Below, piece by piece: positions 31,297-39,458 of a stretch of DNA of 64,000 nt. This stretch comes from an uncultured Prevotella sp. (GTDB lineage Bacteria > Bacteroidota > Bacteroidia > Bacteroidales > Bacteroidaceae): assembly GCA_937901345.1 (NCBI GenBank), contig CALCHM010000127.1, positions 3,872-67,871 of the forward strand. Direction: 5' to 3'. Under the pieces are notes generated by a model. The model was not told the origin of the DNA and searched no databases. It saw only the letters and a program-made list of their open reading frames with translations. Numbering within the stretch: the stretch's first letter is position 1; each line of letters opens with the position of its first letter. The translations under genes were made by a program, and so were the position numbers.

Positions 31297-31970
31297 TGTT
31301 CCTTCCTTTTAATAGAACGTTTTACCCAGGCAATTACGGCATAGGCCATGGGAGTGCCGAAAAGGGCTTCGATGCCCAATTTCATGACATATTGTGTGAC
31401 TAACATCAAGAGCAAGTCGCGCGTGGAGACAACGCCCACGAAGGCGATGATAACAAAGGGAAGGGTGTCGAAAAGGTAACCTACTATGGAACTGCCTATT
31501 GTGCGAAACCAAAGGTACTTACCCTCCGTCTTGCGTTTCATCCAGTCCATAATCCAGGCGTTGGAGAGTTCACCCAGCAAGAACCCTACGAGCGACCCCA
31601 CCACGATGCGTGGCACGTAAGTAAAGAGGTGATTGTAGGCATTTGCCGTTTCCTGCAAATAATCGGGGGAGGGCAACCACACACCAATCTGTGTGCAGAC
31701 TACCAGAATAATGTTACAAAGAAAAGTAATCCAAATCACCTTCTTCGCCGTGCGATATCCCCAAATTTCGGTCAGTACATCGCCCAGCATGTAGGCAAAG
31801 GGGAAGGTGATGGTGCCCGCGTCAAAGGTGGGATAATCAAAAAAACTGACCACCTTTACGGCCATAACATTGGATACGAGATAGAGCGTGGCAAATACTG
31901 CCGTCACTAACATCAAAGGCGTGTTAGACGTTGCTCGGTTTTTGAAAGGGTTTTCCGATACCTTGTTCAT
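31278..31970 (-). CDS. yhhQ: Queuosine precursor transporter (YhhQ/VUT family)
   Basis: SN..AVK, FP..Y.LGD.LTE.WG, PRI..GS...FL.GE..N, LW.RT.GS...G...DT. Confidence 0.9.
   Translation of the reverse strand: MNKVSENPFKNRATSNTPLMLVTAVFATLYLVSNVMAVKVVSFFDYPTFDAGTITFPFAYMLGDVLTEIWGYRTAKKVIWITFLCNIILVVCTQIGVWLPSPDYLQETANAYNHLFTYVPRIVVGSLVGFLLGELSNAWIMDWMKRKTEGKYLWFRTIGSSIVGYLFDTLPFVIIAFVGVVSTRDLLLMLVTQYVMKLGIEALFGTPMAYAVIAWVKRSIKRKEQWNATH
31934..31965 (-). promoter_or_regulatory. Candidate preQ1-I riboswitch aptamer
   Basis: RNA CAAGG-UA-UCGG-AAAAC-CCUU-UCAAAAA-CCGA gives P1 AAGG/CCUU, P2 UCGG/CCGA and an A-rich L3, at the 5' end of yhhQ. Confidence 0.6.
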
Positions 31971-32251
31971 GTTGACGATGTCAGTTAAAAGTTTAACGTG
32001 AGATGAAAATTTGAAAAATATAAAATGAATGGATAAGATGAGCGCAAAAGTACCCAGAAATCTTTTTCGCACCTTTCTCTCATGCCGAAAAACCGATTTT
32101 CACCCTATTTTTTTATTATTTTTTGACATTTTAGTTTTACATTTCAAGTGTAGTGCTTAACTTTGCTACTCGTAAAAAAGTAGGATTCCGCCTGTTAACA
32201 CAGCGCCTTCCTCTCTGTTTTGCACAAACACAACTTTATCTCTATACAATT

Positions 32252-33643
32252 ATGACACTTATTAAATCCATCTCAGGTTTCCGTGGCACCATCGGTGGCC
32301 GTCCGGGAGACACTTTGAACCCCATTGAAATTGCTAAGTCAGTATCGGCTTATGCAAGTCTTCGTGAAAAGCATGTTGGTACTTACCGCAAGAAGATTGT
32401 CGTTGGTCGTGACGCACGTATCTCTGGCGAAATGGTAAGCCAAACTGTTTGTGGTACGCTTATGGGTATGGGCTTTGACGTTGTAAACATCGGTCTTGCT
32501 TCTACTCCTACTACAGAACTCGCAGTGACTATGGAAAAGGCTGTAGGTGGTATTATCATCACAGCGAGTCATAATCCACGTCAGTGGAACGCACTCAAGT
32601 TCCTCAACGAAAAGGGTGAATTCCTTCCCCCCGAAGAAGCTGCTGAAGTAGTACGCCTCGCAAATAATTGCAACTTTGATTTCGCTGATGTAGATAATCT
32701 CGGTCACTACACTCAGAACTTCTACTATGACCAGCGTCACATCGACCACGTTAAGGAACTCGAACTTGTAGACGTTGAAGCCATCCGTCGTGCACACTTC
32801 TCTGTAGCATTCGATGCTGTAAACTCTGTGGGTGGTGTGATTATTCCCAAACTCCTCGGTCAGCTCGGTGTCACTCAGGTGACACACCTCAATGCTGAAC
32901 CCACCGGTGACTTTGCTCACAATCCCGAACCCTTGAAGGAACACCTCACAGAAATCCGCAACCTCATGCGCAAGGGGCGTCATGACATCGGTTTCGTTGT
33001 TGACCCCGACGTTGACCGCCTTGCTATGGTTTGTGAAGATGGTTCTATGTTTGGTGAAGAATACACACTCGTGGCAGTTGCTGACTACATCCTCCAGCAC
33101 ACACCTGGTAACACAGTTTCTAACCTCTCTTCAACTCGCGCCCTCCGCGACGTAACTGAAAAGTATGGTTGCACTTACACTCCCGCTGCCGTAGGTGAAG
33201 TAAACGTTGTAACGAAGATGAAGGCTACAGGTGCTGTAATCGGTGGTGAAGGTAATGGTGGTGTGATTTATCCCACTTCACACAGCGGTCGTGACGCACT
33301 CGTAGGTATCGCCCTCATCCTCACTTACCTCGCTAAGACAGGTATGAAGGCTACTGAACTTCGTGACTCATTCCCCAAGTATTACATTGCGAAGAACCGT
33401 ATCGACCTCGATCCTACTACTGACATCTACGCTGTGCTCCAGAAGGTGAAGGAAATGTACAAGGACGAAGAAGTTACAGACATCGACGGTGTTAAGATTG
33501 ACTTCCCCGACAAGTGGGTTCACCTCCGTAAGTCTAACACAGAACCTATCATCCGCGTTTACTCAGAAGCGAAGTCAATGGAAGAAGCTGACGCGCTCGG
33601 TAAGCAAATCATGGATGTCGTATACCAAATGACACAGAAGTAA
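32252..33643 (+). CDS. glmM: Phosphoglucosamine mutase / phosphohexomutase
   Basis: TASHNP, DPDVDR, GGEGNGG, RKSNTEP. Confidence 0.88.
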   Translation: MTLIKSISGFRGTIGGRPGDTLNPIEIAKSVSAYASLREKHVGTYRKKIVVGRDARISGEMVSQTVCGTLMGMGFDVVNIGLASTPTTELAVTMEKAVGGIIITASHNPRQWNALKFLNEKGEFLPPEEAAEVVRLANNCNFDFADVDNLGHYTQNFYYDQRHIDHVKELELVDVEAIRRAHFSVAFDAVNSVGGVIIPKLLGQLGVTQVTHLNAEPTGDFAHNPEPLKEHLTEIRNLMRKGRHDIGFVVDPDVDRLAMVCEDGSMFGEEYTLVAVADYILQHTPGNTVSNLSSTRALRDVTEKYGCTYTPAAVGEVNVVTKMKATGAVIGGEGNGGVIYPTSHSGRDALVGIALILTYLAKTGMKATELRDSFPKYYIAKNRIDLDPTTDIYAVLQKVKEMYKDEEVTDIDGVKIDFPDKWVHLRKSNTEPIIRVYSEAKSMEEADALGKQIMDVVYQMTQK

Positions 33644-33658
33644 AACGCTTTGTGAAAT

Positions 33659-33771
33659 AAGAAAGGAGAAAGGAAAAAGGAGAAATAACCGTGCGGGACG
33701 TTAATGCGCCAGCTCTTTCTCCTTTTTCCTTTCTCCTTTCTTCTTTTCCCTTTCTCTTTTCTCCTTTTTCC
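33659..33771. repeat. Inverted heptamer arrays (AAAGGAG / CTCCTTT)
   Basis: Purine heptamers then pyrimidine heptamers between glmM and the sulfatase. Confidence 0.7.
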
Positions 33772-33772
33772 T

Positions 33773-35305
33773 ATGAAAAAACTCACCCTCCCCATTTCTC
33801 TTCTTGCTCTTTCAGCAGCAGCGCAGGAGAAATATAACGTGGTCTATATCATGACCGACGACCACACGGCACAGATGATGTCGTGCTACGACAACCGCTA
33901 TGTTGAAACGCCCAACCTCGACCGCATTGCCAACGATGGTGTGCGCTTCGTAAATAGTTTCGTGGCAAATTCACTTTCGGGTCCCTCACGTGCCTGTATG
34001 CTTACGGGTAAACACAGTCACGCTAACGGATTTACGAGTAATGTGTATGACGTCTTTGACGGTTCGCAACAGACAATGCCCAAACTCTTCCAGGCTGCGG
34101 GATATCAAACGGCAATGATTGGTAAGTGGCACTTGATTAGCGATCCCACAGGTTTCGACTTCTGGAATATTGTTCCCGGTCAGGGTGACTACTACAATCC
34201 GGAGTTTATTAATATGGACGGTTCGCGTACCCAGCACAAGGGATACATGACCAATATCGTGACAGACAAGGCCATTGACTGGATGGAAAACAAGCGCGAC
34301 AAGAATCGTCCCTTCCTCCTCTTCATCCATCACAAGGCATGCCACCGCAACTGGCTTCCCGAACTCAAGTACCTCAGCCTCTACGAAGACAAGGTGTTCC
34401 CCCTTCCTGAAACTTTCTACGACGACTATGAAGGTCGTCCTGCTGCTCAAGCACAGGAAATGAGCATTGCTAGCAACCACGACATGGACCTCGCCTACGA
34501 CGTCAAGGTGATGGATGCCAATGTTACTACGCGCCTCTCGCCCAACTACCTCTCTATGATTGGACGTCTTGATTCGCGCGAACGTGCCATTTATGACCAG
34601 TTCTACGATTCTATCGCCATCGACTTCCGCAGTCGCAAACTCTCAGGAAAAGCGCTGACCGAGTACAAATTCCAACGCTACATGCGTGACTACGCAAAGG
34701 TGCTCAAGACGTTGGATGATAATGTAGGTCGCACACTCGACTACCTCCGCGATGCGGGTCTCTTAGAAAATACACTCGTTGTTTACACCTCTGACCAAGG
34801 TTTCTACATGGGCGAACACGGATGGTTCGACAAGCGCTTTATGTACGAAGAATCCTTCCGCACCCCCCTTGTGATGCGCCTCCCCAACGGACTCTCAGCA
34901 CGTGGCGACATTCCTCAGATGGTGCAAAACATTGACTATGCTCCCACCTTCCTCGACCTCTGTGGCATACCCGTTCCTGAAGATATGCACGGTGTGAGCA
35001 TGCTTCCCCTTCTTCGAGGTGAGCAACCTAAGAATTGGCGCGATGCGCTTTATTATCATTTCCACGAATTCCCTGCAGAGCATGCCGTGAAGCGCCATTA
35101 CGGAGTACGTACAGATCGTTACACACTCATCCACTTCTATGAAGACATCGACGTGTGGGAACTCTACGACCTCCAAAATGATCCTCAACAACTTAACAAC
35201 ATCTACGGACAACCCGGCACCGAAAAGATTACCAAGCGCCTCAAAAAGCGCCTCGTAAAACTTCAGGAAGAATATGCTGACCCTGCCGTAGCGTTGACGA
35301 AGTAA
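33773..35305 (+). CDS. Ser-type formylglycine-dependent sulfatase (S1 family)
   Basis: IMTDDH, SGPSRA..LTG, GKWHL, YTSDQG, DKRFMYEES. Confidence 0.93.
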   Translation: MKKLTLPISLLALSAAAQEKYNVVYIMTDDHTAQMMSCYDNRYVETPNLDRIANDGVRFVNSFVANSLSGPSRACMLTGKHSHANGFTSNVYDVFDGSQQTMPKLFQAAGYQTAMIGKWHLISDPTGFDFWNIVPGQGDYYNPEFINMDGSRTQHKGYMTNIVTDKAIDWMENKRDKNRPFLLFIHHKACHRNWLPELKYLSLYEDKVFPLPETFYDDYEGRPAAQAQEMSIASNHDMDLAYDVKVMDANVTTRLSPNYLSMIGRLDSRERAIYDQFYDSIAIDFRSRKLSGKALTEYKFQRYMRDYAKVLKTLDDNVGRTLDYLRDAGLLENTLVVYTSDQGFYMGEHGWFDKRFMYEESFRTPLVMRLPNGLSARGDIPQMVQNIDYAPTFLDLCGIPVPEDMHGVSMLPLLRGEQPKNWRDALYYHFHEFPAEHAVKRHYGVRTDRYTLIHFYEDIDVWELYDLQNDPQQLNNIYGQPGTEKITKRLKKRLVKLQEEYADPAVALTK

Positions 35306-35354
35306 GACTTTTATTAAAGGAACATAAACTTGGATACCAAGGACAAACAACTTT

Positions 35355-35520
35355 AGAGGGTGTGTCGAAAATGCAAAATTTCGGCACACCCTCTTAAGTT
35401 GTGTAAGAGTGAGTAAAATGCAAGGCGCTGAAATGGAGGATGAAGGGAGTGTACTGAAGTACATGACCAAATCCGAAATTGAGGAGCAACGCAGCAGTTT
35501 GCTCATTATGACACAACGTC
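35355..35520 (+). repeat. 165-bp dispersed repeat, copy 2
   Basis: Near-identical to 12386-12550 (reverse complement) and 60644-60808. Confidence 0.92.
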
Positions 35521-35643
35521 ATTCCGTCTATGACGCGCCGTCACGTAGGGCATGACTATGAGTCTCGACGGATGTACCTCATTACCATGACCGTCGAAGG
35601 GCGTCGCCCCTTGTTGGGAGCGGTCGTTGGCAATCCTAAGTCT
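35521..35643 (+). pseudogene. N-terminal remnant of a RAYT/IS200-like Y1 transposase
   Basis: PSMTRRHVGHDYESRRMYLITMTVEGRRPLLG resembles the RAYT N-terminus (R...hDY.....Y.IT......r...fG); no HUH motif follows. Confidence 0.55.
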
Positions 35644-35981
35644 CGGAAAGGAAAGTTTGTGGCGGAAGCATTCGAGAAAAATAGAAAAAGAATCAGTCCT
35701 TTCGAATGGACTGATTCTTTTTTTGGTTCTTGCTTGCGCATTTCAGGATGATGCCATATCTTTGTATTGTAATCAAGAAGGAATTGCAATGGCAAAATCC
35801 CACGCCAGCAAGTTGGGTAAAACCTCTAAAACTTAACAACAATGTCCGCGAAATTTGTTTTTAAGGTTTGGAAAATTGAGACTCACAATCGAAAATAGTT
35901 CCTAATCCAAATAGTCAGTCCTTCGTAAGGGCGTAGGATTGACCTCTTTTAGAGGTTTACGAAGCAAAATTACTATAAAAA

Positions 35982-36161
35982 ATGGAAGAAACAAAACAGC
36001 GTGGAGGATTCCGCGAAGGTTCAGGTCGAAAGAAAACGGGTCGGAACGTATCTGTCGCTTATCGCATCAGCGAAAAAGCACAAGAGAAATTAAGCGAATA
36101 CGCTGCTCAAAAAGGCATGTCAATTAATGCTGCAGTGACGGAGATATTCGAGCAATTGTAA
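35982..36161 (+). CDS. 59-aa ribbon-helix-helix DNA-binding protein (missing from the ORF track)
   Basis: MEETKQRGGFREGSGRKKTGRNVSVAYRISEKAQEKLSEYAAQKGMSINAAVTEIFEQL: RGG.R.G.GRK arm, beta strand, two helices. Confidence 0.75.
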   Translation: MEETKQRGGFREGSGRKKTGRNVSVAYRISEKAQEKLSEYAAQKGMSINAAVTEIFEQL

Positions 36162-36202
36162 AAAAAAGAGGGTGTGTCTTGCGGTCACACCCTCCTTTTT
36201 TT
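36161..36202. terminator. Bidirectional terminator after the RHH gene
   Basis: A-run, GAGGGTGTG/CACACCCTC stem, T-run. Confidence 0.7.
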
Positions 36203-36477
36203 ACATTGGTGTCTGGTTAACACCTCTAATGCCACAAATATAATGTTGTTCGAATAGTATAAAACCCACAGTTTGCATGATTCCCCTGAACCAACGATCG
36301 CTAGCTGAAGGGTAAAGCAAAGGGGATAATACCATTAGTCCTGGACAGGGCGCTTATTGGCCTTTCAACCATTACTTCTTAAAAACTTTACCAGACAGTC
36401 CCCATTGCCTAAGGCAAACAAACATGGGATATAACAGCAGGATGATGTTTTTGTTGTATAGAAAATCGTTTTATGTT

Positions 36478-36588
36478 GGCAATGATATAGCAGTTGTCCC
36501 AAGTTCTTTAACAGTCCCCTTTCGCACCTTCATCGCTCGTCCCCCTAATTTATAGGGACAACTTTAGTTTGTCCCCCTCATTTAATTT
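36478..36588. mobile_element. Left part of an older MITE copy, interrupted by a second copy
   Basis: GGCAATGATATAGCAGTTG TIR plus diverged body. Confidence 0.65.
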
Positions 36589-36812
36589 GGCAATAATATA
36601 GGAGTAACCCCAAGAACTTTAACAGACCCCCTCCGCAACTAAAGTTGCTCGTCCCCCTAACTTTGGGGGACAATTTAGTTAGTCTGCCTCGTTTGGGTTT
36701 CTAATTAGGAATAACAAGCGAATGGAAGTATATAAAATCCTCCCCAAAGTTAGGGGAGGTGCCCAAAGGGCGGAGGGGTCTGTAGTAGAGGGTAAACTTC
36801 TATATTATTGCC
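36589..36812. mobile_element. MITE with 8-bp target duplication TTTAATTT
   Basis: TIRs GGCAATAATATAG / CTATATTATTGCC; TTTAATTT at 36581-36588 and 36813-36820. Confidence 0.88.
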
Positions 36813-37054
36813 TTTAATTTCCCATTGGGGAACAACAAGCGATGGAAGTAACCAAAATTCCTATTTCTCCCTCTTTCTTTACGCAGACGCGCACGCTATG
36901 CTTGCGCCACCATCGGATGGCAAGCACAAATAGAGTGTGTGCGCTTCTGCTAAAGTCTGCGGAGTCTGCGTGAGACATTTTTATCCATAAATTGATGTTT
37001 CTCTCCTGAAATAAGCGTTTGTTATATAGAAGCAATATTTTTGAAATAATGTTA

Positions 37055-37408
37055 CTACAACACAGCATTTATCTGTTTCACCAACTCCGCCTTTGACATG
37101 CCGCCCACCGTCATTTTCGGTTTGCCATTCATGGGAATGAAGTAGAGTGTAGGGATAGAGCGGATGTTAAACGCGTCAGCCAGTTCGGCTTCTTCATCCA
37201 CATTCACTTTGTAGACATCTACGCGTCCCTCGTATTGCTTTGCTACTTCGTCAATAATGGGCGAGAGCATTTTGCAAGGACCGCACCACGTTGCATAAAA
37301 GTCAATCACAGCAGGGCGAGTGCCCAGGAATTTCCAATCCTGCATCATCGTTTCTGGATTTGCCACACGGCGCTTAAAGCCTTCTAAGTTTAGATGTATT
37401 GTTGCCAT
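37055..37408 (-). CDS. trxA: Thioredoxin
   Basis: DFYATWCGPCK, IRSIPT. Confidence 0.93.
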   Translation of the reverse strand: MATIHLNLEGFKRRVANPETMMQDWKFLGTRPAVIDFYATWCGPCKMLSPIIDEVAKQYEGRVDVYKVNVDEEAELADAFNIRSIPTLYFIPMNGKPKMTVGGMSKAELVKQINAVL

Positions 37409-37444
37409 AATTTGTAAGGTTTTGAGATTATTTGTTTGGAGGGA

Positions 37445-37572
37445 ATGGTTAACGTTGGATGAACGATTAACGATTAACGTTGAAGGATTAACGTTTAACG
37501 ATGAGCGATTAATGGTTAACGTTGGATGAACGATTAACGTTGAAGGATGAACGATTAATGATTAACGATTTA
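37445..37572. repeat. Heptamer tandem repeat (TTAACGA variants)
   Basis: Visible 7-bp periodicity. Confidence 0.75.
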
Positions 37573-37899
37573 AGGTAAGATAAGAAAGGTAATGCCTAAC
37601 AACCCGCACGGTCGTTGTACTCTGTAGTCTAGTTTTGTACTCTGTACTCTGTACTCTGTACTCTGAACTCTAGTATCATTCTGCTGCAAAATTACAACCC
37701 ACTTCCCATCCTTGCAAACAGACCTTATCAATGAATAAATAGATAAAAGTTATAGCGTTGTTAGTGTGACGTGTCTTCAAATTAGTATTCTCGCTGAACA
37801 CTCCATAAAAACGGCTGTAGTTCGCTAACGATTCTCTGTTGATAGCATTGGATGAGGATAGAAATGCACTTCGGAATACTTTATACACGTTAAATAAAG

Positions 37900-38510
37900 G
37901 CGTTGCCCTGGGGGTGAAACTATCATTCTTTTTGGAATGACACTGTCACCCCCAGGGCAACGGCATGTTATTTTATAATTTGACACTGTCACCCCCAGGG
38001 CAACGGTGTGTTTTTTATAATTTGACTCTGTTACCCCCAGGGCAACGGCATGTTTTTTTATAATTTGACTCTGTCACCCCGAGGGCAACGCTCCGATTTT
38101 TATAATTTGATTCTGTCGCCCCGAGGGCAACGCTCTAATTTTTATAATATGACACTTTCGCCCGAGGGCAACGCTCTAATTTTTATAATATGACACTTTC
38201 GCCCGAGGGCGACGGTCCCAAATTTTTTGGAATGACACTTTCGCCCCAGGGCGACGGTCCCAAACTTTTTAGAATGATACTTTCGCCTCAGGGCAACGGT
38301 CCAAAAAAATTTGGAATGACACTTTCGCCCCAGGGCGACGGTCCCAAACTTTTTGAAATGACACTTTCGCCCCAGGGCGACGGTCTAAAACTTTTTAGAA
38401 TGACACTTTCGCCCCAGGGCAACGGTCTAAAACTTTTTAGAATGACACTTTCGCCCTAATCGAACTCCATTTTTGGGGGAATGGCACTTTCGACTTCAGT
38501 ACAACGACTT
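37900..38510. repeat. 41-43-bp tandem array (about 12 full and 2 partial units) preceded by one inverted partial unit
   Basis: Unit ATGACACTTTCGCCCCAGGGC(A/G)ACGGT....A.TTTTT.GA; AGGGC cores at 37954, 37997, 38039, 38082, 38124, 38165, 38206, 38248, 38290, 38332, 38374, 38416. Confidence 0.92.
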
Positions 38511-38525
38511 ATTTTTTTACAACTG

Positions 38526-38572
38526 CTATATTATTGCTTTCAAATTAATATTTTTGCATAGGTAGAAACAAT
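38526..38572 (+). CRISPR. Degenerate terminal CRISPR repeat, 886 bp from the main array
   Basis: ATTGCTTTCAAATTAATATTTTTGCATAGGTAGAAACAAT matches positions 8-47 of the repeat at 39459 with one mismatch. Confidence 0.9.
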
Positions 38573-38685
38573 TTGAAGTGGTTGACGGCAATCACTCCTA
38601 CCCTACGCGGAAGGCGGTCGTTGAGTTCACGGCGCAGTTCGCGGTCAAAGGCATGAACGATGTCGGTTATTGAAGGGTTGTTCAT
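38573..38685 (-). pseudogene. 5' fragment of a phage virion morphogenesis (Mu gpG-like) gene, cut at the repeat
   Basis: MNNPSITDIVHAFDRELRRELNDRLPRRVGVIAVNHFK; follows a MuF-like gene as in Bacteroidales prophages. Confidence 0.6.
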
Positions 38686-38814
38686 AAGTAGGATTCTTTG
38701 AGGAAGTTGATTATTTTTTTCATGGGAAATTTGTTTGTTTGGGATTATGGGTGTAATTTTGCGGAAAAGAAGTAAACTTTTGAAGGCTTTGGATTGCAGT
38801 TCCTTGGACCCTTT

Positions 38815-39458
38815 TTAAGTTTGCTTCTTTTTTATGTTTTCAACAATGCTTGGACTATCCGAAACACTATGAAGTTTGCACTCACCGTTTGGAAATTCTT
38901 TAACGATAATCCAGCTATCAACTTTGTTTATTGGAATGAAAAACAAATGTATTTTTACTGTATTATCTGCATAGTCTACACCAATATCATGTTTTAGATA
39001 TTTTGTTTTGGGGAACACCTTGTCAAATTCAAGCAAAAGTTCATTCTTTTCAAAAATAGCACCATGAGGTTGATTCGTCCATTCTTTTGCTATTGTTTTA
39101 GAAATGTGTATTTTTCTGCCAAATTCAGGGTGTGTAACTTCTTTTGGAACTAACTCAGCATAATTTTTTAAAATGTACTTTCTTCTCTCTTTAACCTTCT
39201 TTTTATAAAGTTCTTGTTGGGAAATTTTAGAAAGTCCTTTGCATTTATAACAATCTCCATCAGCGTTTGTGAACCAACCTGTCAACTTGTTTTTTAATCC
39301 TTTGTTGAATTTACATCCCTTGCAAGATTTGGGAAAATAAGGGTGTGATTTGTCAAAGATTTGCTTTGTCTTGGCGGGGTTCTCCTTGAGTCCTGGTTGT
39401 GGACGTTCCTTGTTGGTTTCGCCTGGGATGTCGGTTATGGGGTCGTCTGTTGCTTCGA
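38815..39458 (-). pseudogene. 3' fragment of a phage MuF-like head morphogenesis gene with a C-terminal LPD3/BECR-like domain
   Basis: Frame is open from the repeat edge: (L)EATDDPITDIPG...PQPGLKENPAKTKQIFDKSHPYFPKSCKGCKF...KEWTNQPH...SWIIVKE...LHSVSD; no ATG. Confidence 0.7.

Noticed and set aside
38190..38459. 89-aa ORF of repeated MTLSPQGDG units
   Set aside because: A by-product of the 42-bp DNA repeat; neighbouring units of 41 and 43 bp break the frame
37938..38460. Tandem array as a second CRISPR
   Set aside because: No unique spacers; whole units are homologous
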